A program made the translations under genes and the position numbers. Shown in pieces: positions 56,525 through 64,000 of a stretch of DNA of 64,000 nt (its first letter is position 1; each line of letters begins with the position of its first letter). This stretch comes from an uncultured virus (IMG/VR IMGVR_UViG_2838022645_000001) (taxonomy: Duplodnaviria; Heunggongvirae; Uroviricota; Caudoviricetes). Below the pieces are notes generated by a model that ran no database searches, was not told where the DNA came from, and saw only the letters and a program-made list of their open reading frames with translations. The stretch lies in IMG/VR virus record IMGVR_UViG_2838022645_000001, one strand, 5' to 3'.

Positions 56525-57063
56525 CGGCCCTCTCGAGATACATTGTCGCCAATGTCTGCTGGATTTCGGTCATGGTGTGGGCGGCGGTCCTGGGCTTCGT
56601 CCAGATGGCATTCCTCGCCGACGCAGCGCACATAAGCTACGTCATCACGGCATTGTTCATCTTCGGCCTGTATTCGACAACAGCGCGCATCATCGAAGTC
56701 GATAGGCTTTCGACGGCGCTCTCCAAGAAGAGAATTTGGGTCGCCGGCGAGCGGCGCGCCTTGGCCAAGGGCGCAAGGTTGCTTGCTATCCGCATCGAAC
56801 ATGTTGTCGACGTCATCGAGGGCCTCGTCCTCATCGGCCTGATCGGCAACGCCATAGGGTTTTTCATGGCCTTCAGGCATGTCGACATATCTGCGATGAA
56901 GTCCAGTGACGGAGTTATGGCGAATGCTGCTCATCTCATGGCTGGGACGGGCACAGCGTTCGGTGCAACCATTGTCGGATGCGTTCTCGCTCTCTGGACG
57001 ATCCAGAATGGCCGAATGCTGAAGACGGCTGCCGCGATATACGCCGAGGATATCGCGGAATGA
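56521..57063 (+). CDS. MotA/TolQ/ExbB-like membrane protein
   Basis: IGLIGNAIGFFMAF and AGTGTAFGATIVG helices. Confidence 0.75.
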   Translation: MTALSRYIVANVCWISVMVWAAVLGFVQMAFLADAAHISYVITALFIFGLYSTTARIIEVDRLSTALSKKRIWVAGERRALAKGARLLAIRIEHVVDVIEGLVLIGLIGNAIGFFMAFRHVDISAMKSSDGVMANAAHLMAGTGTAFGATIVGCVLALWTIQNGRMLKTAAAIYAEDIAE

Positions 57064-57617
57064 GCAGCGGCAAGGCAACTTCAATAGGCTTCAGAGACGT
57101 TCTTCTGTGCCTAAATGCTGTCCTCGGTGCGCTTGTTCTCATCGTTCTTTCGGCAATCAATCCGGCGGCCAAAGATGATCCCGCCCAGCTGCCCGGCAAC
57201 CTCGTCGCCAGCATCGCCTGGCCAGCTGGCAGCACTGACGTCGACTTGTGGGTCCAGTATGGCGATGATCTAGCCGTCGGCTACAGCCATCGCTCCGATC
57301 GCGTTTGGAGTCTTCTTCGCGACGATCTGGGCACCGCGAATGACGATACACCTTTGAACGCGGAATCCGCCTTCACACGCGGCCTGCCTGATGGCGAGTA
57401 TGCCATCAACGTTCGCTGCTTCGGCTGCGCAAAGGTGCCGGTGCCAGTGTCCGTCGAGGTGCGGCTGGCCGAAGGTGGCGTCGTATGGCGCGCCACGGTC
57501 GACCTACTCAAGGACAAGCAGGAGCGGACGGCGATCCGGTTTCGTATGGCTGGCGGGCAGGTCGTGCCTGGTTCGGCGTCGAGTGTGTTCAAGCAGATGA
57601 AGAGAGGAGAGGGGTGA
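57060..57617 (+). CDS. Membrane-anchored partner (MotB/ExbD-like TM Asp + DUF2135/YfaP-like domain)
   Basis: FRDVLL TM; DVDLWV, LLRDD, PDGEYAINV. Confidence 0.65.
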   Translation: MSSGKATSIGFRDVLLCLNAVLGALVLIVLSAINPAAKDDPAQLPGNLVASIAWPAGSTDVDLWVQYGDDLAVGYSHRSDRVWSLLRDDLGTANDDTPLNAESAFTRGLPDGEYAINVRCFGCAKVPVPVSVEVRLAEGGVVWRATVDLLKDKQERTAIRFRMAGGQVVPGSASSVFKQMKRGEG

Positions 57618-57877
57618 TGGAAATAGTGATCGCAGTAGCAATTTGGCTTGGCATTGGCGCGGCTGGCTCCGCACTTAGTGTCGAGTTCTTCTGGCGTCGT
57701 GGGTCATTCCCTATGGACGTCGATCTGACAGACGTCGGATTCTTCTCGGTGATGGCGATACTCGGGCCAATCAACCTGATCATCGGATTTCTTTTCGCAC
57801 TCGGATGGCTATTTCGGAAAGCTCTCAAGTCGTCTGGAATCGACCCGCAAGCAAAAATCCTCAAGGCGCGCCGCTAA
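57617..57877 (+). CDS. Membrane protein
   Basis: Two TM segments; coupled. Confidence 0.65.
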   Translation: MEIVIAVAIWLGIGAAGSALSVEFFWRRGSFPMDVDLTDVGFFSVMAILGPINLIIGFLFALGWLFRKALKSSGIDPQAKILKARR

Positions 57878-58314
57878 TGACCCCCGCCATCACCCTATGG
57901 CTAGCCTTCGTGCTGGCCGCCGGCATTATTTGCTGGACAGCAAATAACAAGCGGCAAGCCGTCGCCTTCCTGCTTGTCGCACTGGCAACCGCACCCGCAG
58001 CATTCATCACGCTCGGCCACGCTGCGCCATGGCAGCCCGCCAAAGGCCACTACACCGTGCTTGGCGCGCGCATCGATGTCGACGAGGCAATCTATGTCCT
58101 ACTCGACGGCAAGCCGGAGCCGCGCTTCTACAAGCTGCCGTATTCCGCCCAGCAGGCGAACAGTCTGCAGAACGCGCTTGACACCGCCGAGGCCAACGGC
58201 ACTGGCGTCGGCATGACAATGGACGGCGATGCGGCAGGCTTTGCCGAAGAGGGCGGCCAGCGAGGCGGATCCGAAGTGAAGCAGGCTGAGCCGCAAGCGA
58301 TTATTGGAGGGTAG
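57877..58314 (+). CDS. Membrane protein
   Basis: Two TM segments; EAIYVLL..EPRFYKLPYS. Confidence 0.7.
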   Translation: MTPAITLWLAFVLAAGIICWTANNKRQAVAFLLVALATAPAAFITLGHAAPWQPAKGHYTVLGARIDVDEAIYVLLDGKPEPRFYKLPYSAQQANSLQNALDTAEANGTGVGMTMDGDAAGFAEEGGQRGGSEVKQAEPQAIIGG

Positions 58315-58315
58315 G

Positions 58316-58642
58316 ATGGATGTGATGATAACAGTCAGAGAGTATGGCTACGGCGAGGACGCAGTTGGCTATCCGCCTCACGGCCTCGCAGAAGTGATCC
58401 AAATTCTCCAAGAGACTTTGATGGAAATTCCTCCGGAATTCCGGTCGAGCGCGGAGGTGGACTACTCGCCTCGCTACGAATACGGCGAATCGTATGATCG
58501 CCTGCGCATCATTTACGAACGTCCAGAAACGGCGGAGGAGCAGACGGCACGCATAACTGCGGAGCGCGCGACCATGATGAAATGGATTGAGGAACAAGAA
58601 GCGCTCATCCGCCGCCGTAAAGCAGAATTGGAGATCGCATAA
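58316..58642 (+). CDS. Hypothetical protein
   Basis: YERPETAEE motif; GGAGG SD. Confidence 0.7.
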   Translation: MDVMITVREYGYGEDAVGYPPHGLAEVIQILQETLMEIPPEFRSSAEVDYSPRYEYGESYDRLRIIYERPETAEEQTARITAERATMMKWIEEQEALIRRRKAELEIA

Positions 58643-58643
58643 C

Positions 58644-59894
58644 ATGCCCACACCTCGCCTCAGTGACGAACTCGCCAAGGAAGCCGCCGACGCGTTCGAA
58701 GCGCTCGGCAACAAATCGCAGGCCGCCGAACTGCTCGGCCTGCCGCGCAACACGTTCAATTCGCGCCTGAAGATCGCCGCCGAGCGCGGCATGTGCGGCA
58801 CGAAGCCGGTTCTGCCGGGGTTCCGCATCGCGCAGATCAGCAACACGCCGAACGGCGACTATATCAAGCAGCGGCCGGAAGCTGGCGCCGAATTCGACAT
58901 CCCAGCCGGGCATACCATCAAGGGCGTCTCTGCGCTCGTCGACGCGGACGGCCGGACTATCCAGCAATGGATCAAGACCCGCAACGAATACGCGCCGCAA
59001 GACGTCGCCGCCATTCTCAAGGAAGCGTTCGTCGATGTGCCGCCGGCTGAGCCTAGAGCACTCAATACCGTCCCGACCGACGACCTTCTGACGCTCACGC
59101 CCCTTGCGGATTTCCACGTCGGTTTGTTCGCATGGCATCGCGAGACAGGCGCCAATTGGGATCTATCGATCGCCGAACGGGTAATCGGCGGGGCGCTCGA
59201 CGAGTTGATCGCCAGAACGCCACCGAGCGGCCATGCCATCGTATTGGGTGGCGGCGACCTGCTCCACTCGGATAGCAATGAGAACAAGACGGCAAAGTCT
59301 GGCAACGTCCTGCAGGTCGACGGGCGTTACCAGAAGGTGCTGATGACGGCGTGCCGACTGGTCGTCCGCGCGATCGACGCCAACCTCGCTAGGCACGGCC
59401 ATGTTACTGTCCGCATCTTGCCGGGCAATCATGACGAACACGCCTCGGTGGCCGTCGCCTACTTCCTGCTGGCCTGGTATCGCAATGAGCCGCGCGTCAC
59501 CGTCGACGTGGATCCGTCGCTGTTCTTCTGGTTCCGCTTCGGGCGCGTCTTATTGGGGGCAACGCACGGCCACACGGTCAAGCTCAAGGATATGGCCAGC
59601 ATCATGGCCCACCGCCGCGCCGAGGACTGGGGCGCTACCGTGCATCGATTCATTCACGGCTTCCACATCCACCACTCGAGCAAGTATGCGACGGAGGGCA
59701 ACGGCGTGATTTCGGAATCGCACCAGACACCGACGCCGCAGGATGCGTGGCATTGGGGCGCAGGCTTCCTGTCTGGCCGCTCGATGCAGTCGATTAGCTA
59801 CCATCGCGAGTTTGGTGAAGTCTCGCGTGTGCGGGTCGCCATGATGGATGCGGCAAACGATAACGAGCCGGCAGAGCAGAGGAGGGCGGCGTGA
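58644..59894 (+). CDS. HTH + calcineurin-like metallophosphoesterase
   Basis: ADFHVG, GGDLLH, PGNHD, THGH, FHIHH. Confidence 0.88.
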   Translation: MPTPRLSDELAKEAADAFEALGNKSQAAELLGLPRNTFNSRLKIAAERGMCGTKPVLPGFRIAQISNTPNGDYIKQRPEAGAEFDIPAGHTIKGVSALVDADGRTIQQWIKTRNEYAPQDVAAILKEAFVDVPPAEPRALNTVPTDDLLTLTPLADFHVGLFAWHRETGANWDLSIAERVIGGALDELIARTPPSGHAIVLGGGDLLHSDSNENKTAKSGNVLQVDGRYQKVLMTACRLVVRAIDANLARHGHVTVRILPGNHDEHASVAVAYFLLAWYRNEPRVTVDVDPSLFFWFRFGRVLLGATHGHTVKLKDMASIMAHRRAEDWGATVHRFIHGFHIHHSSKYATEGNGVISESHQTPTPQDAWHWGAGFLSGRSMQSISYHREFGEVSRVRVAMMDAANDNEPAEQRRAA

Positions 59895-60124
59895 GCAAAG
59901 CGAAGTTTGCGGCACTTGATGCGGATGGTTGGCTTGAGTTCACGGCCAACAAATCACCCAAATGCCCTCACTGCGGCGATGACTTCCACATTGCCGACAA
60001 CGAGGCTTGGTTTCTGTACGACGAAAACGACACCCACGAGGTCGAGTGTCCATCGTGCGAAGAGACCTTCCAAGTGAGCAGCAGCGCTTCTTGGTGCTTT
60101 AGCACCGACGAGCAGGAACGATAA
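59891..60124 (+). CDS. Zn-ribbon protein
   Basis: CPHCG and CPSCE. Confidence 0.75.
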   Translation: MSKAKFAALDADGWLEFTANKSPKCPHCGDDFHIADNEAWFLYDENDTHEVECPSCEETFQVSSSASWCFSTDEQER

Positions 60125-60183
60125 CCACCCCTGCCGCCGACCACCAATCGGCGGCAACCAATACCACCACAGAGGAGACTGAA

Positions 60184-60633
60184 ATGCTGAACAGAAGCGC
60201 AAACGCTAAAGCGTATCATGACGCGGGCCTCGTGCCCGCCAACGACAACTATTCCCACGCATCCGCCATCAACCTGTTTGCGGCCGACTGCCACGCAGCA
60301 AGCCGCAAAGCCGGCTGGTGCACGAACCTCGCGACTGGGCGTGCATTGGACAGAAACGTGCCAGAAATGATGATGCTGATCGTGAGCGAAATCAGCGAAG
60401 CCATGGAGGGCTATCGCAAATCTACCGGCGGCAAGGTCAAGATGGACGACAAGCTGCCGCACAGGCCAAACGCTGAAGTCGAACTGGCCGATGCCATGAT
60501 CCGCATCGGCGATCTGGCAACTTTCCTTGGCTTCGACCTGGGCGGCGCGATCGTCGAGAAGATGGCATTCAACGCCAACCGCGAAGATCACAAGATCGAG
60601 AACCGCAAGGCCGCTGGCGGGAAGGCGTTTTGA
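60184..60633 (+). CDS. MazG-like NTP pyrophosphohydrolase
   Basis: LIVSEISEAMEG...EVELADAMIRIGD...KMAFN..R. Confidence 0.85.
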   Translation: MLNRSANAKAYHDAGLVPANDNYSHASAINLFAADCHAASRKAGWCTNLATGRALDRNVPEMMMLIVSEISEAMEGYRKSTGGKVKMDDKLPHRPNAEVELADAMIRIGDLATFLGFDLGGAIVEKMAFNANREDHKIENRKAAGGKAF

Positions 60634-61559
60634 TGACCATGAACACGGCAAGAGAAGCGGCGATGCTGGCCGCTATACCGAATCCGCCAGAACAGTATAA
60701 CCCCGAACCGCTCATGGTCGAAGGCCTTGGCGCCGTTCCTGTGGTGCTGCCGAAGTACTCGCCGGCGAATGACAACGTCGAGGGTGGCAAGCGTTACCAC
60801 AGCGGCGGTCTTGTTGGCGGGCCTGGCGGTGATGTGGCGCCAATCATGAAGATCGACCACGTCATCCCGCGCGCGCAGTACGAGGCCATCATGGAGCGCG
60901 GCCAGTACGTCGGATTGCGTCGACACACAGACATTGGCGCGCGAGTCGTGGCGGCTGTCGAAAAGGAGATTGCCGCCAGCCGTCCCTTGTCCTCGGACAG
61001 CGGACATCCCGCCCGAACCGGCGACTTCATGCAGACGGCGACCGGCCGCAAGTTTTGGCCCCTCGACCCGCGGAGCGAAGAAGTCTTCATCGAGGACATC
61101 GCGCACTCACTGAGCCTGCAATGCCGCTACGCCGGCCACTGCCTGCGCTTCTACAGCGTCGCCGAGCATTGCGTACTCATGGCCCGCAAGCTTCGCTGGG
61201 AAGGCGTGGACGTGGCTCTGTGGGCGCTGCTGCACGATGCGGCGGAAGCCTACACCGTTGACGTTCCGCGCCCGCTCAAGCGCCACCTAGTTGGCTACAA
61301 GGAAGCCGAGGCGAAAGTCATGGCTGCGATCGCCGATCGGTTCGGCCTGGCGGCGGAAATGCCTGCCGTTGTGCATGATGCCGACAACCGCATCATTGCC
61401 GACGAGCTCGTCAACCTCGTGCCGATGGAGTGGCACGCGCGCTATGCGGGCCAGGAACTGGGCGTGACGCTGCGCTACTGGTCGCCGGAGAAGGCGCGGG
61501 AAGAGTTCATGGCGACGTTTGACGCGCTGATGGATTGCAGGGCGAGGGGGATGGCGTGA
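60630..61559 (+). CDS. HD-domain 5'-deoxynucleotidase (YfdR-like) with N-terminal extension
   Basis: DIAHSLS..CRY.GH..FYSVAEH, LLHDAAEAY. Confidence 0.88.
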   Translation: MMTMNTAREAAMLAAIPNPPEQYNPEPLMVEGLGAVPVVLPKYSPANDNVEGGKRYHSGGLVGGPGGDVAPIMKIDHVIPRAQYEAIMERGQYVGLRRHTDIGARVVAAVEKEIAASRPLSSDSGHPARTGDFMQTATGRKFWPLDPRSEEVFIEDIAHSLSLQCRYAGHCLRFYSVAEHCVLMARKLRWEGVDVALWALLHDAAEAYTVDVPRPLKRHLVGYKEAEAKVMAAIADRFGLAAEMPAVVHDADNRIIADELVNLVPMEWHARYAGQELGVTLRYWSPEKAREEFMATFDALMDCRARGMA

Positions 61560-61756
61560 TGCTGCACTACTATATGTTTAGTTTCGCCATGGAGAGAGGC
61601 GGCTTCGCCCGCGTCACGATCGGATGGCCTGACGCGATAGTCACGGAAAGCCGCGTGGCATTTGCCAGAGAAAAGGCTATCGGCGCGCAACCAAACGCCT
61701 GCCCAATTGCCGTTAGTTATCTTGGGCACATGATGCCGGAGGTTGCGATCGCATGA
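61559..61756 (+). CDS. Hypothetical protein
   Basis: Coupled ORF. Confidence 0.6.
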   Translation: MLHYYMFSFAMERGGFARVTIGWPDAIVTESRVAFAREKAIGAQPNACPIAVSYLGHMMPEVAIA

Positions 61757-61983
61757 CCAACACCACAGGCTGGAACATCTGGCGCGGCGATGGTGATTGC
61801 CCCGTCAACAAAGAGGCGATCGTCGACATCCGCCTGCGCAACGGGCGGATTATAGAAGGGGCAACGGCTGGCCGCTATCTGTGGGCGCGTCCGCAGCGCG
61901 AAGTGGAGGGCAACTGGAGCCCGCAGAGAACTGAGAACGGCGGCATTATCGTCGCGTATCGCGAAGTGGGGGAAGTGGCGTGA
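61753..61983 (+). CDS. Hypothetical phage protein
   Basis: W.G.G.CPV...VDIRLRNG...IVAYR. Confidence 0.75.
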   Translation: MTNTTGWNIWRGDGDCPVNKEAIVDIRLRNGRIIEGATAGRYLWARPQREVEGNWSPQRTENGGIIVAYREVGEVA

Positions 61984-62225
61984 TGGACGATATAGCAGTT
62001 TGCGAGCTTTGCGGACACCCGATGGCACCCGGCGAGGAGATGTTCAAATTCCACGGATACAGCGGGCCGTGCCCAGAAGAACCATCGGAGGAGCACCTCA
62101 AGGCGGTAGCGGAGAAGCGCTTTTCGGAGTGGCTAAACGAAGGCCATGAGTTGGCGAAAGCCGCAGGGTGCGGTGTTATCATAAATGTCTCTCCATCATC
62201 AGATGCCGAAGGCGGTGCAGCATGA
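61980..62225 (+). CDS. Hypothetical protein
   Basis: CELCG.PM..GEEMFKFHGYSGPCP. Confidence 0.7.
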   Translation: MMDDIAVCELCGHPMAPGEEMFKFHGYSGPCPEEPSEEHLKAVAEKRFSEWLNEGHELAKAAGCGVIINVSPSSDAEGGAA

Positions 62226-62238
62226 GATCGGCAGTTGA

Positions 62239-62610
62239 ATGGATAATCTGCTTACTCGCAGTTGGCGGCATGGTTTCGGCCATGTGGGTGATGCTGTGAC
62301 CCCAACGCCAAAATACATCGAAACCGTCAAGCGTCGCGTATGGGAAATCCACATTCGCGACCACGACAAGCATATCCGCCGCGAAGATCTGAACGCCGTT
62401 CTCGGCGGAGTCGATTTCGTTCTCGACTACTACAGCAATAAAGTAGCGGAGCTGGAGGCGGTCATCGCAGCAGAGAGGACCACCAACCAAATTGAATGTA
62501 GTCGGTATGCGTACGAGCGTGACGTGGCGCGCCGAGAGCGGGATGACCTTATAGCGCAACAGTCATCCCCCACGCCCACTTCAATCACCGGGGAGACCTT
62601 AGCATCATGA
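62239..62610 (+). CDS. Hypothetical protein
   Basis: ORF within operon. Confidence 0.6.
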   Translation: MDNLLTRSWRHGFGHVGDAVTPTPKYIETVKRRVWEIHIRDHDKHIRREDLNAVLGGVDFVLDYYSNKVAELEAVIAAERTTNQIECSRYAYERDVARRERDDLIAQQSSPTPTSITGETLAS

Positions 62611-62897
62611 CAACAATGATCGAGCGGGTGGCGCGGGCCATAGCAAAAGAAAACAATACGGACGCTGCATTTGATCTCCCTTGGGAGTTCTTTATTGGAC
62701 AAGCCCGCGCCGTCCTTGAAGAGATACGCGAGCCGTCGGCGGCGCAACTGGCCGCCGCTGAGGAGATTGTCGTCGGCTATGACGACTTCGCATGCGGCGA
62801 TGGCAATGTCTATCTCGCCTACCCAGAGTACTACGACAAGGCCAAGCACGTTTGGCAGTCGCTGATAGACGCAGCACTCAAGGAGGAAACACCATGA
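62607..62897 (+). CDS. Hypothetical phage protein
   Basis: MIERVARAI...ARAVLEEIREP...WQSLIDAAL. Confidence 0.75.
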   Translation: MTTMIERVARAIAKENNTDAAFDLPWEFFIGQARAVLEEIREPSAAQLAAAEEIVVGYDDFACGDGNVYLAYPEYYDKAKHVWQSLIDAALKEETP

Positions 62898-63586
62898 CCG
62901 AGAACCAAGTACCAGCCTGGACGCCCGCCGGCGAGCTCACCGCAGTGCCGGCCTCCAATGACAACGTTCCTTCCGAATTGCGCGCGCTTGGCGCGGCAAT
63001 AGGGAAGCATGAAAGTAGCGACAGCCCACAACAGAATATTAGTGCGGCCAACGATAACTTCCCGCCCGTCGTCGCATTCACCGGCCAGGCTGGCGCCGGC
63101 AAGTCTACGGCCACCCGCTACCTCGTCGAGCAGCACGACTATACACTCGTCAAGTTCGCCGGGCCGCTCAAGGATATGATGCGGGCTATTGGTTTGGCGG
63201 AGGATCAGATCGAAGGCGACCTGAAAGAAACGCCGACGCGGCTACTGCAAGGAAAAACACCGCGGCACGCGATGCAGGCCCTTGGTACGGAGTGGGGCAG
63301 GGATCTGATCGGCAAGGATTTCTGGACATTCTTGTGGGAGCATCGCGCTCTTCAGGTCATTGACGCCGGCGGCCGCGTCGTTACAGACGACTGCCGCTTT
63401 CCGAACGAAGCGCAGCTTATCCGCCGACTGGGCGGAGACATCTACAAGATCGCTGGCCGTGGCGGCATTGCTGGTGACCACGTCAGCGAGCGCGGCTGCG
63501 GTGATCAGGATCTGGTGATTGCGAACGCTGGCGCGGTCGCAGAGTTGCACGGCAAGATCGAGGAGGCGCTGCGGCGGTATGGGTGA
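62894..63586 (+). CDS. Deoxynucleoside monophosphate kinase
   Basis: TGQAGAGKST, FAGPLK, TPRHAMQALGTEWGR, DDCRFPNE. Confidence 0.92.
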   Translation: MTENQVPAWTPAGELTAVPASNDNVPSELRALGAAIGKHESSDSPQQNISAANDNFPPVVAFTGQAGAGKSTATRYLVEQHDYTLVKFAGPLKDMMRAIGLAEDQIEGDLKETPTRLLQGKTPRHAMQALGTEWGRDLIGKDFWTFLWEHRALQVIDAGGRVVTDDCRFPNEAQLIRRLGGDIYKIAGRGGIAGDHVSERGCGDQDLVIANAGAVAELHGKIEEALRRYG

Positions 63587-63595
63587 TCCATCTTG

Positions 63596-63605
63596 ACAAA
63601 TTTGT
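63596..63605. promoter_or_regulatory. ACAAATTTGT box 9
   Basis: TCTTGACAAATTTGTTGAA, intergenic. Confidence 0.8.
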
Positions 63606-63654
63606 TGAATGAAGTTAGGAGTGTCGTACCGTACACCACCAAGAGGAGCTTAAA

Positions 63655-63849
63655 GTGGAGTGTGAAGTTAGAGAGGGCGACCTTCTCATGGGCGCCAACG
63701 CAATCGCCAAGTTTCTTGGCGTAACATCGCGGCAAGTCTACCGGCTCACCTACGGAGATTTGATGCCGCATTTCAAACTAGGCGGTAGCGTTGCGGCTCG
63801 CCGTTCGTCGCTCACAAAATGGATGGCTGAACAAGAGGCGGCATCCTGA
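63655..63849 (+). CDS. Excisionase-like winged HTH protein
   Basis: GANAIAKFLGVTSRQVY...PHFKLGG. Confidence 0.8.
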   Translation: MECEVREGDLLMGANAIAKFLGVTSRQVYRLTYGDLMPHFKLGGSVAARRSSLTKWMAEQEAAS

Positions 63850-64000
63850 TGGCGTACTTTGTATATGCGGTGGGTGGGAAGGACGACGCTGGCCCTCTAT
63901 CTGGCATGCTAAAAATAGGTCGCGCGCGGGATCCGCATAACAGGCTTGTCGAGCTTCAGATCGGATGCCCGTTTCAGGTTGAACTAAAGCGGATATGGCG
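63849..64000 (+). CDS. GIY-YIG (T5orf172-like) protein, truncated by the window end
   Basis: Manual translation MAYFVYAVG...LKIGRARDPHNRLVELQIGCP. Confidence 0.75.
   Translation, partial: MAYFVYAVGGKDDAGPLSGMLKIGRARDPHNRLVELQIGCPFQVELKRIW

Larger units (their letters stand above)
1..64000. mobile_element. Temperate siphophage/prophage (16-3-like layout); ends lie outside the window
   Basis: Integrase, repressors, replication, terminase, portal, capsid, tail and lysis modules in continuous phage-like order; no host housekeeping genes seen. Confidence 0.95.

Noticed and set aside
56521..57617. Zorya defence system
   Set aside because: The A-like protein lacks the long cytoplasmic tail, the B-like protein lacks an OmpA-type domain, and no zorC/D/E genes are present
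7106..62225. C-terminal AA alone (about 19 proteins) as proof of ClpX targeting
   Set aside because: SD plus ATGA overlap (GAGGCNGCATGA) produces EAA-type endings by itself; counted only as supporting evidence where ANDN is also present
680..63058. GCNAAYGAYAAY as a DNA-level repeat or operator
   Set aside because: Variation is confined to synonymous positions and the motif follows the coding frame, so it is a peptide signal

Overview
The window is almost one complete temperate siphophage (prophage) of a rhizobial alphaproteobacterium. Its layout resembles Sinorhizobium phage 16-3 as I recall it; I could not run an alignment. The left arm holds an integrase/excisionase operon and an immunity region with two repressors. 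Next come early recombination and replication genes: Sak4-like ATPase, DUF669 SSB, beta clamp, Cas4-like nuclease, two sigma-like proteins, helicase, three DNA methyltransferases and a primase-helicase. These are followed by a structured non-coding leader with tRNA-Met, HK97-type head genes, GTA-like tail genes and a lysis cassette. The right accessory arm carries an SGNH hydrolase, a broken DNA ligase, a protease/MotA-like membrane cluster and nucleotide-metabolism enzymes. No att sites or host genes are recognisable. The most striking unexplained signals are: (1) 19 in-frame copies of the peptide ANDN in 18 unrelated phage proteins, seven of them as complete C-terminal ANDN-x(2-10)-AA tails that mimic the alphaproteobacterial tmRNA (ssrA) degradation tag; (2) nine copies of a palindromic ACAAATTTGT box fused to TTGACA -35 elements; (3) about 20 CACCAC elements ahead of ribosome-binding sites and in hairpin loops; (4) a roughly 420-nt densely structured RNA candidate directly upstream of an atypical tRNA-Met. 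All product calls come from reading motifs by eye, not from database searches.
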